The notes: generated by a model from the sequence alone, not told the origin. A stretch of 64,000 nt of DNA from a bacterium (GCA_046758365.1 JBHIAC010000003.1:18019-82018), one strand, 5' to 3'; counted from the first letter of the stretch, positions 27,268 through 37,932 are shown. Numbers and translations: made by a program.

Positions 27268-29838
27268 ATGGGTACAACCTCTGAGATGATACTTGCTTAT
27301 AACAAAATTTTGGACAATAAATACGAAATTGTCCGAGAAATTAAAAAAGGCGGTTTTGGAATTGTATATTATGGAATAGATAAAAAACTTAATAAACCAG
27401 TTGCTATTAAGGAAATTGCGCCCGAACTCTTGGAGGAACCCAAATATTTGGATATGTTCCAAGAAGAGGCGCTAAACATAGCAAAATTAAGTCATAACAA
27501 CATTGTCCATATATATGAATTAAAAAAAACTGCAGATGGTCGTCTTTATATCATAATGGAGTATATCGATGGTATAGATTTAGAAAAAATTATAAGACGG
27601 GCTAGAAAGTTAGACAACAAAATTCCACCCCATTTAGCTATTTACATAGTTGCAGAAATTTGTATGGCGCTTGAATATGCCCATAACCGTCGAGATGCCT
27701 TCACAAACAAGCCCTTAAATTTAGTCCATCAAGACATTTCTCCTTCAAACATAATGATTTCCCGATATGGGGATGTAAAGCTGATCGATTTCGGGATTGC
27801 TTCGGTACGTAGACATCAAACCAAAGAAAAACGGGATGACAAACTCCGTGGTAAAATTCCATACATGGCTCCGGAACAGTTGATCATGGGAAATCATCCT
27901 GACCATAGTTCAGACTTATTCTCTTTAGGCTTAGTGCTGTTTGAGGCGTTAACAGGAGAAAGGATATTTAATTCTCAAGAAGAATTAATATCAGCAGGTA
28001 AAAATGCTAAATGGTTTAAAAAAGCTATAAAAGGCAAAAAAATCCCATCACCATTAGAAAAAATCCTCTCTAAAGCACTGCAAATAGACCTCACTAAGCG
28101 CTATCAAAGCGCCAACCACATGTACATAGATTTGCTTCAATATCTCATTTCTTGCAATGAGACTGGCGAATTGATGGATCATTTAGCTGATTATATCGGT
28201 GAACTTTTTGTAAATGGTAAACTTTCTGAATCAAACAATAACAGAAAGAGTGATATAATAGAAATTAAAGAAGATTCACAACAATCCACTTCAAACCAGT
28301 TAATCTCTCCTCATTGGGATGCTGGTATTAGATGGAATAAAAATGATCCTCTTTCAGCAGATAATACACATCCACTTTTGCCTGATAGTCACAGAATGTC
28401 ACAGCCAAAAAGTCTCGCTCCGGTCGAATATGAAGACGAGGAGGAAGACCTTAAAACGGTAATTGATGTACTAAGAATATCGGCAAAAAATCATAAAAAA
28501 CGGATCATACAAGTAAACATAGGCGTACTGATTGTAGCCATCATATTTGGGGCGTTTGATACTGTCAAAGGATGGACGCCGTTAGGGACTTGGATTTATG
28601 ATTGGTTATTTCCACCTGCTATTGAAATTATAACCGTTCCACCTGAGGCTCAAGTATTATTAGACGGCAAGGAAATTGAAGGACGCACCCCGATTTCCAT
28701 TGATGAAATTTCGCCAGGTGTGCATAGGCTTCAACTTTCTTTAGAAGGATACAAGCCAATAGTTAAGTCATTATTTGTTCCAAGGGAAGGCACAATTCGT
28801 GTACAAGGAGAATCAGAAAACGAGAATAAAAGAAGCTATCTTTTCAGATTTAATACTGAAATTGAAATTAATTCAAATCCAGCAGAAGCTTTGGTATATA
28901 TTAATGGCATCCGCTTCAACCAAAAATCGCCTTGTACCATATCTTGGGAAGTGGGAACGCCCCTTTCCATTGAAATGGAACACAATGGATTCGAGCGCCT
29001 TATAGGTTATTCTTTAAATACAAAAGATGGATATGATGAAGTTGAAGACCACAGATTTTGGGAAATGTCAATACGAAATGAACCTTATACTAAATATTCA
29101 GTTAATGGAATTTTCCGAAAAAGAGTAATCATAGAAACGATCCCAGAGAGTGTTGAAATTTATACCAAGGAAAATAATAGAGCGATGGGTGTCACCGGCA
29201 GGAATCATAGCATTTTATTAACTGCCGGAACTCATGAACTCATTTTGCAGAAAAAGAATTTTTTACCTAAACGAATCAAATTAAATATTGATGAAAATTT
29301 TAACAAAAAGGTTACGGCTGTCCTTTCTAAAAGAGTATACTTTACCGCTTATGAGGAGTTAGATTTATCGCAGCAGGACATTGGAGCAACTTTAGTGAGT
29401 TTGAAAAATGGAAGAGACAATATTCTAACCAGCAGCAAAATAACCCCTTTTGAAATGATATTATCAGCCTATACTTATACCGCCGAATTTCAAAAGCAAG
29501 GATATCAAAAGGCTAAAGTAACAGTTAGGCCAGAAGTCCAGGAAGTGAAAGTAGAAATGCAACCTGCGAAAGCGATTGTGCAGGTTAAAGTGTTAGACGG
29601 CTTAACTAGTCAACCGATTTCAGATGCTGAAATTTCTTATAATTTTATTGGTAATCCTCAAAATTTTGAAACCTACTTTGACCAAACCGATGCAAATGGT
29701 GAAGGATTTGGAGAGCTAATTGAGGGAGAATATATTTTTAGTGTTAAGAAATCAAGATATAATATTCTAAATAAAAATCTATCCACACGCGCTGGCGAAA
29801 CCTATAGAATTGTATTTAAAATTTACCCGTCGAACTAA
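27268..29838 (+). CDS. membrane Ser/Thr protein kinase with extracytoplasmic PEGA repeats (module 1)
   Basis: GGFG, VAIKE, HQDISPSN, DFG, YMAPEQ; TM; TVPPEAQVLLDG PEGA-type repeats. Confidence 0.93.
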   Translation: MGTTSEMILAYNKILDNKYEIVREIKKGGFGIVYYGIDKKLNKPVAIKEIAPELLEEPKYLDMFQEEALNIAKLSHNNIVHIYELKKTADGRLYIIMEYIDGIDLEKIIRRARKLDNKIPPHLAIYIVAEICMALEYAHNRRDAFTNKPLNLVHQDISPSNIMISRYGDVKLIDFGIASVRRHQTKEKRDDKLRGKIPYMAPEQLIMGNHPDHSSDLFSLGLVLFEALTGERIFNSQEELISAGKNAKWFKKAIKGKKIPSPLEKILSKALQIDLTKRYQSANHMYIDLLQYLISCNETGELMDHLADYIGELFVNGKLSESNNNRKSDIIEIKEDSQQSTSNQLISPHWDAGIRWNKNDPLSADNTHPLLPDSHRMSQPKSLAPVEYEDEEEDLKTVIDVLRISAKNHKKRIIQVNIGVLIVAIIFGAFDTVKGWTPLGTWIYDWLFPPAIEIITVPPEAQVLLDGKEIEGRTPISIDEISPGVHRLQLSLEGYKPIVKSLFVPREGTIRVQGESENENKRSYLFRFNTEIEINSNPAEALVYINGIRFNQKSPCTISWEVGTPLSIEMEHNGFERLIGYSLNTKDGYDEVEDHRFWEMSIRNEPYTKYSVNGIFRKRVIIETIPESVEIYTKENNRAMGVTGRNHSILLTAGTHELILQKKNFLPKRIKLNIDENFNKKVTAVLSKRVYFTAYEELDLSQQDIGATLVSLKNGRDNILTSSKITPFEMILSAYTYTAEFQKQGYQKAKVTVRPEVQEVKVEMQPAKAIVQVKVLDGLTSQPISDAEISYNFIGNPQNFETYFDQTDANGEGFGELIEGEYIFSVKKSRYNILNKNLSTRAGETYRIVFKIYPSN

Positions 29839-29850
29839 GTGAATTGTCTT

Positions 29851-32523
29851 ATGCCTAAATTATTTATTAAAAAAAACGATCAAGTTATTAAAAAACTATC
29901 TGTTCCGGATGGAGTTCTTGCCTTTACCGTTGGCTCTGAACAGGGAAATGATATTATTATAGAAGATGAAAAAATATCATATTTTCATTTACAGTTTGAA
30001 AAACAAGGAAATGAATATTTCGTTCGAGATTTACAGAGCCAATTGGGTACCTATGTAAATGGTACCAAAATTAATGGCAGAACCCTCATAAAAAATAATG
30101 ATGAAATTGGAGTAGGCCATCATACTATTACTTTCCAAAATCCAAAAGAGACTCCTACACCCTATCTTATATTGGAAGATTACGAGTATGAACAATTGCA
30201 ATCAAATTCTAATCGAAGAATTGAAGATAAAATTGCCAGTGTGCCAGCTCTAACGAAATTAAACTCATGGCTACACGAAGAACACGATTCCTTTGAAAGA
30301 AAAGGGGATTTTTTTATTGAAAGCGACGAAAAGAATGAAAATGATTCTTTTCTAGATTTTAAAGAAAACAATGAAGCAAGTGCAAAAGATTCTGAAAGAA
30401 ATTTTACTGAAAACAACGAATTAGATGACAATGATTCTGTACAAGATTTAATTTATGACAACGAAAACAGTGAAAAAGAGTTTGCTATAAATATTGAAAC
30501 CGAAACATTACTTCAAACGGAACAAATACCGACCCCGAAATTAGATGCAAAAGATGACCGTTTAACTTATAAAGAACAACCTTTAAATGAGACCACTACC
30601 CACTATCTCTTAGGGATTTATGGGCCTTATGTTGGGAAAAAATTCAAACTCAAACATCCAGAAACAAGGATTGGTCGGGACCGCAAATTTAATGATATAG
30701 TAATCAGAAAAAATTCTAAAGGTGATCTTGACCAAAGCGTTTCAAGAAGACACGCAACCATAGTATTTGAAAATAATAAATTCAATGTGATAGATAAAAG
30801 AAGTAAAAGCAGAACCTATGTTAATCAGAAAAAACTTGATGTAAACGATAAGGTCTGCATTGTACCAGGGGATGAGATTGAAATTTTAAGTGACAAAAAG
30901 AGCCATATTTTTAGACTGGTTCGAGAAGGGGATTGGAATTTTTCTTTTCCTAAAAAAGCAGGGAACTGGCATATCAGATACCGAATGGCTATTTTAAACT
31001 TATATTCGATAATCTTTTTTTTGATAGCAGCATTATTTTTTACAAATTCATTCAAAACAAAATATCTAATTTCAAAAAAGCCTAACCCATTAAAAGTAAA
31101 AGAAGCAATATGGCTTTCAGATAAAACCGATACAGAGCTTAGTAGTCCTAAGGATTCATACTTTTCAACTTTTCCAGCCATTGCAGATCTTAACGGTGAC
31201 AAAATTATTGATCTGGTTTACATAGATGGCAAAGGGAATTTAATAACCATCAATGGTAAAACTAAGAAGCCTCTTTGGACTAATTACGAGTTTCAGGCTT
31301 TATCACAAATTCCGGTGACATTAGAAGATTTAAATAACAACAGCCTACCAGATGTGATTGTAGTTTCAAATGATTCACGGATACGAGCGATAGATGGCAA
31401 TTGGGGGATAGAAATTGGTAAAAGCCCGATTTTAGCTGGCCCGTTAACGGGGCCGCCCGTAGTTGGAGATTTTAATGGCGATGGCCTTAAAGATTTAGCA
31501 ATAGCTACTTTAGAAAATGTAGTATACATCGGATTTTTAAGACTCAAAAATTCTCGCTGGATAAAATTAGATTTTGAGGAACCAATTCGTTCCATCGCAT
31601 CCGCAGATGACCTTACGGGCAATGGCATTCCCAATATATTGATTGGCACGGAAACTGGCAAAATAATAATAATTGATGGTATCCACCAAAAAATTCTGGG
31701 AGAAGTAAACGTCAATGAAGAACTTAACAAAGCAAGCGGGACTTTTGAACAGGACAACCAAGTTCGATTTCCCACGGCATTTGGAGACCTTAACGGTGAT
31801 AATACTACCGACATAATTATTAGTACCATGCAGGGAAACCTAATTGCTTTTAGCGGCACAACGCTCGAAAGAATTTGGTATGATCAAACAAGTACAAAAT
31901 CTTATAGTACTCAAAGTATGAACCAAAGCATTTCATTGGGCGATTTGGATGGAGACAGGCTTTTAGATGTAATAAGTCTTACTCCCGAGGGAAAGATTCG
32001 TGCCTTAAAAGGTAAAGGGGTAGGCAAGGATAGAAAAATGGTTTTATGGGAGTATCCCATTTCAGAAGTTGGCAATTTTGTGGGAACCCCGACTTTAGCA
32101 GATTTTAACAAGAATAGTACTATGGATGTGGTAGCCGTTGATAAAAATGGAAACTTTTATATTTTTGAAGGTTCCACCGGCGAAATCCTTTGGAAAAATA
32201 CAAAAGCAAGCTTGGCTGTATTGAGCTCGCCCCTTATTGGAGATCTTGACAACGATAATTATTTGGACATTTTGGTATTAAAGTCAGATAGAAGATTTTA
32301 TAAACTATTAACAAATAGTCTTACATTGGGAAACACGGTAGTCTGGGGTCAAATGTTTGGTAACAGCAGACATACGAACATTTCTTCACATAGATATCAA
32401 AATGCCTCTGTTTATTATTTATATATGGGTATTTCTATTGTTGTAATTCTGGGTTTAATAGGTTTAAATGTTTTGATAAGGAAAAAAAGAAAAGAATTGA
32501 GTTACAGTCATAATATGATGTAA
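29851..32523 (+). CDS. FHA-FHA-TM-FG-GAP propeller-TM protein (module 1)
   Basis: GRDR...SVSRRHA...YVN FHA; many DLNGD/DFNGDG repeats; two TMs; start MPKL matches the paralog. Confidence 0.88.
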   Translation: MPKLFIKKNDQVIKKLSVPDGVLAFTVGSEQGNDIIIEDEKISYFHLQFEKQGNEYFVRDLQSQLGTYVNGTKINGRTLIKNNDEIGVGHHTITFQNPKETPTPYLILEDYEYEQLQSNSNRRIEDKIASVPALTKLNSWLHEEHDSFERKGDFFIESDEKNENDSFLDFKENNEASAKDSERNFTENNELDDNDSVQDLIYDNENSEKEFAINIETETLLQTEQIPTPKLDAKDDRLTYKEQPLNETTTHYLLGIYGPYVGKKFKLKHPETRIGRDRKFNDIVIRKNSKGDLDQSVSRRHATIVFENNKFNVIDKRSKSRTYVNQKKLDVNDKVCIVPGDEIEILSDKKSHIFRLVREGDWNFSFPKKAGNWHIRYRMAILNLYSIIFFLIAALFFTNSFKTKYLISKKPNPLKVKEAIWLSDKTDTELSSPKDSYFSTFPAIADLNGDKIIDLVYIDGKGNLITINGKTKKPLWTNYEFQALSQIPVTLEDLNNNSLPDVIVVSNDSRIRAIDGNWGIEIGKSPILAGPLTGPPVVGDFNGDGLKDLAIATLENVVYIGFLRLKNSRWIKLDFEEPIRSIASADDLTGNGIPNILIGTETGKIIIIDGIHQKILGEVNVNEELNKASGTFEQDNQVRFPTAFGDLNGDNTTDIIISTMQGNLIAFSGTTLERIWYDQTSTKSYSTQSMNQSISLGDLDGDRLLDVISLTPEGKIRALKGKGVGKDRKMVLWEYPISEVGNFVGTPTLADFNKNSTMDVVAVDKNGNFYIFEGSTGEILWKNTKASLAVLSSPLIGDLDNDNYLDILVLKSDRRFYKLLTNSLTLGNTVVWGQMFGNSRHTNISSHRYQNASVYYLYMGISIVVILGLIGLNVLIRKKRKELSYSHNMM

Positions 32524-32583
32524 ATAAAGGTCATTAAGAGTATTGAATGGGATGTTATCTGAATTGAATATTCAAAAGTCTTT

Positions 32584-33996
32584 ATGAAGAAAGATAAAAA
32601 AATTCAAGTTACCACGGCTGCTTTCAGTGATGTTGGAAAGATAAGAAAATTTAATGAGGATAGCTACTATATTTCTCAGGATGAGAACTTGATAATTGTA
32701 TGTGATGGCATGGGCGGTCAGGTGGCTGGGGGGTTAGCCAGCAAAATTGCAGTAGAGACCATTAAAGATGTTTTTTACGGCCTCCAAGAGGAGCAATTAG
32801 TAAAAATCATTTCAGATATTGATTTAAAGCTTGGACTCTCAACACGGCGATTGGTTGCGGCTGTAAGGATAGCAAACAGAAGACTTTTCAAGATTGCTAG
32901 TAAATTCCCCCAACTAAGAGGCATGGGAACAACGGTAGCTGCGCTCACTTTTGATAAAAGCGCAGCCGCAATGGTACATGTAGGAGACAGCCGTATTTTC
33001 CGAATAAGCGATGGAGAAATCCTCCAACTCACTGAAGATCACTCCTGGTTAAATGAACTGATTGAGGACAACGAAATAAATGAAGAACAGATTGAAACCT
33101 TTGGGCAAAAAAATGTAATCACTAGAGCCCTTGGGACTGGGCCTTCTATAAAAATCGACACGCACAGTGAAAAATACAAAAAGGATGATATTTACATTTT
33201 GTGTACCGATGGCCTACACAATTCTGTTGAGAGTGAAGAAATTAAGCGTTTGTTTCAAGAAAAAAATGAAACATTAGAAGATCTTATTAAAACATTAATT
33301 GAAACAGCAAAAGTTAGAGACGGATCAGATAACATTACAATAGCGGTTGCGAAAATCAAAGAAAATAGTAAAAATACTCAACAGGTTGGAATTTCTACTA
33401 CTATACCAGAAGAAGACGAAAAGGTTTTGTCAAAAGAAGATAAACTCATTCAAGATCACTATGGGGATCCTAAACTTAAATTAGTTAAAAGACCTCAGCA
33501 GTCTATTATAAAAAGTCGAAATATCATGTTGACAGGATTAGCGCTGTCTATGGCATTATTTGGATTTTTCTTAGGGATTATTTTTCAGCCAATCAAATTA
33601 AATTCCAACACTCATAAACTACCATTTTTCTCGGTAACCAAAAATGCGATTTCCACTGAATCCGTAGCATCAAAAAATAAAGTGGACAAGGTCCCAGCAG
33701 AAAAAGCTTCTAAAAAAGTAGTGGTGCAGAAGCCTAACCTTAATCCACTTACGCCTATCAAGCGCTCCAAAGTGAGCCAAGATGCGGTTTTAGCTTTTGT
33801 ATTCTTCAACAGTGTGAATGATTACAATAATGCAATGTTGGCAAAAAGAGGACTTGTGTTAGATAAGTTTTATCCTTACAAAAATAAAAAAAATAATCTA
33901 TTTAAGGGAAATTTTTCCATTTTTCTTATTGATTCCTCAAGCAATGTTTTAAGTCAATCAACGGGGATTCAACTTCCACCGATTGCAAAAGATTAA
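32584..33996 (+). CDS. PP2C/Stp1-type Ser/Thr phosphatase with TM and C-terminal domain
   Basis: R..NED, VCDGMGG, GMGTT, HVGDSR, LCTDGL, DNIT. Confidence 0.93.
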   Translation: MKKDKKIQVTTAAFSDVGKIRKFNEDSYYISQDENLIIVCDGMGGQVAGGLASKIAVETIKDVFYGLQEEQLVKIISDIDLKLGLSTRRLVAAVRIANRRLFKIASKFPQLRGMGTTVAALTFDKSAAAMVHVGDSRIFRISDGEILQLTEDHSWLNELIEDNEINEEQIETFGQKNVITRALGTGPSIKIDTHSEKYKKDDIYILCTDGLHNSVESEEIKRLFQEKNETLEDLIKTLIETAKVRDGSDNITIAVAKIKENSKNTQQVGISTTIPEEDEKVLSKEDKLIQDHYGDPKLKLVKRPQQSIIKSRNIMLTGLALSMALFGFFLGIIFQPIKLNSNTHKLPFFSVTKNAISTESVASKNKVDKVPAEKASKKVVVQKPNLNPLTPIKRSKVSQDAVLAFVFFNSVNDYNNAMLAKRGLVLDKFYPYKNKKNNLFKGNFSIFLIDSSSNVLSQSTGIQLPPIAKD

Positions 33997-34097
33997 ACTG
34001 GAGTTGTGCGAGCTAAAGAATTTCGGATTATTGTTCAATCTATGAAATAAGATCAATGAGAAAGCCTTTGAGTTTATATAGTCTATTAACACATTAA

Positions 34098-34496
34098 ATG
34101 ATTTACATATTATTACCAATTGTTCTTTTATTTGTTTTTCTCGTTATTGGTATCATCTGGTTTACACCAGAATTCCGAGTTAAGATATTATTAAGGCAAG
34201 GGAAAGACCGAAAAGCAAGAAAAATCTTGGAGTATCTTCTTGAGCAAAATCCAGAAAGGATAAATTTATACCGCAAGTTAGGGCAGATTTATTATTTAGA
34301 GAATCGAAGGGATAAAAAGGCATTAAGGGTATTTGAAATTATTATTAAACTAAAAATTCCCTTCCAGTGGCGGGAAGAAATTTTACCTCTTGTGGCAAAA
34401 TACTATGTTGATGAGGGGCGAAAAGATTCCGAAGCAATCAAGCTTATTGAAAAAGCTGTTGAAAAAGAGATAAAACAGTTGAAACGGTACAGTTAA
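34098..34496 (+). CDS. membrane-anchored small TPR-like protein
   Basis: N-terminal TM; LENRRDKKALRVFE homologous to the C-terminus of 54569-56494. Confidence 0.8.
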   Translation: MIYILLPIVLLFVFLVIGIIWFTPEFRVKILLRQGKDRKARKILEYLLEQNPERINLYRKLGQIYYLENRRDKKALRVFEIIIKLKIPFQWREEILPLVAKYYVDEGRKDSEAIKLIEKAVEKEIKQLKRYS

Positions 34497-34540
34497 GATA
34501 ATGCAAAATAAAGAGGGGCTATCTAAAAAGTTTAACTCTC

Positions 34541-34635
34541 ATGTCATTCTCAGGAGGCATCTTTTTATATTTGGTTAGGGTGCAGAAAAAGTCACTTCCG
34601 TTGCCGTCTACAAAAAGATTCTTTCAGAATGACAT
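34541..34635. repeat. degenerate GTCATTCT-type palindromic repeat
   Basis: Perfect 10-bp inverted repeat ATGTCATTCT / AGAATGACAT. Confidence 0.5.
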
Positions 34636-34691
34636 CTGGGAGAGCCTATTAGGCTGGGGTCATTTGGAAGAGTTAACATAATCGCAATTTT

Positions 34692-37172
34692 ATGCTCACA
34701 TTAGATGTAAAAAAATACAATAACCTAATAATAATGTTGATGGCCTTGGGAGAGGCCTATTTAGAAAAAGGTCTTTACGCAGAGGCTGCGAAGAGATATC
34801 AACAACTTCTTGAATTTAACGTGGCCAACAAATCCATCTATACCAATTTGAGCAAAGCCTTGATAGGGTTAAAAAAAATTGACCATTATGCCCTGGAAGT
34901 TTATCAAAAAGCAATACAATATGACCCTAGCAATACGGAATTATATGACATATTGGCCTCTTGTTTTTTAAACGAGGCCCGGAAGGATCCGCAAGCCATT
35001 CAAATTTATGAGATAGCCTTAAAATACGAAACTCCAATTTTTAATCAATTAGCCGATCACTTAGGGTCTTTATATTTTAAAAAAAGGGATTTTTTAAAAT
35101 GCAAGGTAGTTACAGAAAAACTTTTTCAAAAATCAGGCTTCCAATCAAGGCCTTTTTCTTTATTTTTACAGAGTTGTTGGAAGACTGGAAAGTTTAATGA
35201 TGCTATCACTCAAATAAAAAGATTAATTGATACATCGGAAAACAAAAAAATTCTATTAAAATATCTGTGCATCACTTACTTAGAAAAAAAATTTGTTGGA
35301 GAAATTAAAAGTCAAAGAGTAAGATTCAGCTACTTAGACCGACATTTAGTAGCAGATTATATAAACAAAAATTCCTGTTTTAATCAATTACAAGACCTTA
35401 GCCTTTATCTTGAATTAAAAAGATTTTTAATAGAAAAAGAGCATTGGGGTGGGCTTTATCCATTTTCTGAGGAAGAAAAAGAAAGTGTGTATGTTTATCA
35501 ATCTTTGGAGAGCTCTCCCGAGGCAAAGGAAAATGTAGGACATTTATCATTTAACTTATCCAATGAAATCCTTGAAAGATTAAGTTCATTTGAAACATTA
35601 ACTGGCCGCAGCATCGGATCACATTCTACTTTAACTTATGAAGATTTTAAAAAAGAAGGGGCAGCGATTTTCTCCAAATCCGAAAGAGAGACCAGAAAAT
35701 GGGGTCTTCCAGAAAACGCTGAAATTTTAATAACCATTGAATTTTCAAATTATGACCACCTCCGTTTAAATTTCGGAATGGACCTGGTGCAGCAAATAAG
35801 GAAGAAGCTGTATGTCATTTTAACGGATTATTTAGAAAAATTCAATTTAACGCATATCTGGGGAACTTCTAATGGACTGCTCATTTTTGCCAGTGATATC
35901 TTGACTGCGGTTTCCTTTTCTGTGGAAATGCTGAATAAATTGAATCGATACAATGTTGTAAGCAACGCCCAAGAAGAAATTCATTTGACTATTGGAATAC
36001 ATCATGCCAGGGAGGGTTTAGGGGTAAAAAGTGAACAAACATTAAAAGAGCTCTGCACAGGTCTAAAAGTAGGCCTTGTAAGTGAAAGAGACCTATCTTC
36101 AGAAGACCGAGCGGTATATAGTAAAATATTCCAAAGAAGTGATAGAATTTTTTTAAGCGGCAAAGCCTATAGAGAGATAAAAAGTTCAAACAGGTTCAAG
36201 GTACATTCTATTGGTCAATTTAGACTAAGGTATCTCAAAGAAAGTTTAAGCCTCCATCAAGTAGTATGGAGGAATCCTTTAGATGATTTGAAATTTGGAT
36301 TTATTAAAAAATTAGGGCGGTTTGACCTTTTAGCTGACATCGGTGGTAAAGGCGTTTTTAAAGTTTTTAAGGCAAAAGATTCAGTACTTCAAAGATTTGT
36401 CATTCTTAAAGTAGTTCAGTCAGAAGTATTTAACTCAGTTCCACCAAACAATCAGCAAAAGGTAGCTTTCTATCAATTAGCCAAAAATCTTGGCCAGATG
36501 AGTCATCCTAATATTGCTAATATTTATGAAGTGGATGAAGACCAGGCTCTTACCTACATGGCTCGAGAATTTGTTGAAGGAATCCCGATTACAGAGATCT
36601 TTAGAAACTCAACTCAATTTAATCCAGAAAGGCTAGTACAGATAATTTATCAGATTTGCAAAGGCTTACAATACAGTCACCGATTTGGATATTATCATTA
36701 CAATCTGAAGCCCAGTAATATTCGAGTCGGGTTAAATGATAAAACCAAGATAATGGATTTCCTCATCCCAAGGACCTTGTTTGAGGACTATGAAAAATTC
36801 GAAGAAAACCAAGACCAAATTTATTATTTGTCACCAGAGCAAATCCATGGAAAACAGGGGGATGGTAGAAGCGATATATTTTCTTTGGGCACCATCTTGT
36901 ATCAAATAGTAACGCGAATTAATCCATTTGCAGGTAGAGTAAATAAGGACATTGCTGAAGCTATATTATATAAAATTCCACCATCGCCAAGTGAATTAAA
37001 CAACCAGATTCCAGAATTCTTTGATGCTTTTATTCAAAAATGTATAGCAAAAAATCCAGAAAATAGGTTTCAATCAGTAAATCAAATGGTCGCGTTATTA
37101 AAAAAGAAATTTGAGCGAGTCATACTTTCTAATTTCAATTATCAAATTTCCCAGTCCAGGGATTCTATTTGA
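34692..37172 (+). CDS. TPR + degenerate class III cyclase-like + pseudokinase (module 1)
   Basis: TPR N-terminus; IHLTIGIH..RIFLS..GQFRL..VVW cyclase-like; kinase with HYNLKPSN, DFL, YLSPEQ, SDIFSLG. Confidence 0.85.
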   Translation: MLTLDVKKYNNLIIMLMALGEAYLEKGLYAEAAKRYQQLLEFNVANKSIYTNLSKALIGLKKIDHYALEVYQKAIQYDPSNTELYDILASCFLNEARKDPQAIQIYEIALKYETPIFNQLADHLGSLYFKKRDFLKCKVVTEKLFQKSGFQSRPFSLFLQSCWKTGKFNDAITQIKRLIDTSENKKILLKYLCITYLEKKFVGEIKSQRVRFSYLDRHLVADYINKNSCFNQLQDLSLYLELKRFLIEKEHWGGLYPFSEEEKESVYVYQSLESSPEAKENVGHLSFNLSNEILERLSSFETLTGRSIGSHSTLTYEDFKKEGAAIFSKSERETRKWGLPENAEILITIEFSNYDHLRLNFGMDLVQQIRKKLYVILTDYLEKFNLTHIWGTSNGLLIFASDILTAVSFSVEMLNKLNRYNVVSNAQEEIHLTIGIHHAREGLGVKSEQTLKELCTGLKVGLVSERDLSSEDRAVYSKIFQRSDRIFLSGKAYREIKSSNRFKVHSIGQFRLRYLKESLSLHQVVWRNPLDDLKFGFIKKLGRFDLLADIGGKGVFKVFKAKDSVLQRFVILKVVQSEVFNSVPPNNQQKVAFYQLAKNLGQMSHPNIANIYEVDEDQALTYMAREFVEGIPITEIFRNSTQFNPERLVQIIYQICKGLQYSHRFGYYHYNLKPSNIRVGLNDKTKIMDFLIPRTLFEDYEKFEENQDQIYYLSPEQIHGKQGDGRSDIFSLGTILYQIVTRINPFAGRVNKDIAEAILYKIPPSPSELNNQIPEFFDAFIQKCIAKNPENRFQSVNQMVALLKKKFERVILSNFNYQISQSRDSI

Positions 37173-37520
37173 TATAGAAAATTTAATTCAATTTAATTTT
37201 TAAAAAACTACATGGTCTTATCAGCAACAATGAAAGCTCTATTAATCAGGTTATTGGAATCCATGATAAAGAACCGGCCGCCGCCGGACCGGTAAGGGAG
37301 GTGATAGAGAAATAATCGGTGGATAGTTCAGCAAAAAATGTAATAATTTGGACAAATGAATACATTTCTATATCATTTCTAAATAAACGAACTGTAGCCG
37401 CGAATTCCCTTTGTCACTTGAAATGATAGATGGTGTTTTAATGTATTCAATGTCTAAGGGTTAATATCAAATAAAATAATAATAAAATTTTATAACCTAA
37501 CTGATTTAGGAGGTTCAACC

Positions 37521-37919
37521 ATGGGACAACAACAACTTTTACTCTTAGTGCTCAGCGCTATCATTGTTGGCGTATCGGTCGTGATCGGAATTAATATGTT
37601 TTCACAAAGTGCCGGCCAGGCCAACCAGGACGCTGTTTTGCAGGACATCATGACCATTTCATCAAGAGCGCAAGAATGGTATCGCAAACCAACTTTACTG
37701 GGTGGTGGTGGTCGTACTTTTGTGGGTATGACTCTTGCCGACCTTAATTTCGTTACTCCTAACAACAATGGTTCCTATACGTTAAGTGGTCTGCAAGTGG
37801 ATCAATTTACGGTTACCGGTTTGGGGCTTGAAGATCAAGACAATGATGGAAACCCACTACAAATACAAGTAGTCGTGGAAGCAGACACCGTTAATACACC
37901 AACATTTCTTAATAGGTAA
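37521..37919 (+). CDS. putative major pilin with minimal N-terminus (MGQQQLLLL)
   Basis: Strong RBS AGGAGG, hydrophobic N-terminal helix, 132 aa, first gene before pilC. Confidence 0.75.
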   Translation: MGQQQLLLLVLSAIIVGVSVVIGINMFSQSAGQANQDAVLQDIMTISSRAQEWYRKPTLLGGGGRTFVGMTLADLNFVTPNNNGSYTLSGLQVDQFTVTGLGLEDQDNDGNPLQIQVVVEADTVNTPTFLNR

Positions 37920-37932
37920 AAACAATATATTG

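Noticed and set aside
27268..33996. Type VI secretion locus (kinase + FHA + PP2C)
   Set aside because: No Hcp, VgrG, sheath, TssL/M or ClpV genes; the adjacent machine has PilB/PilT/PilC/secretin
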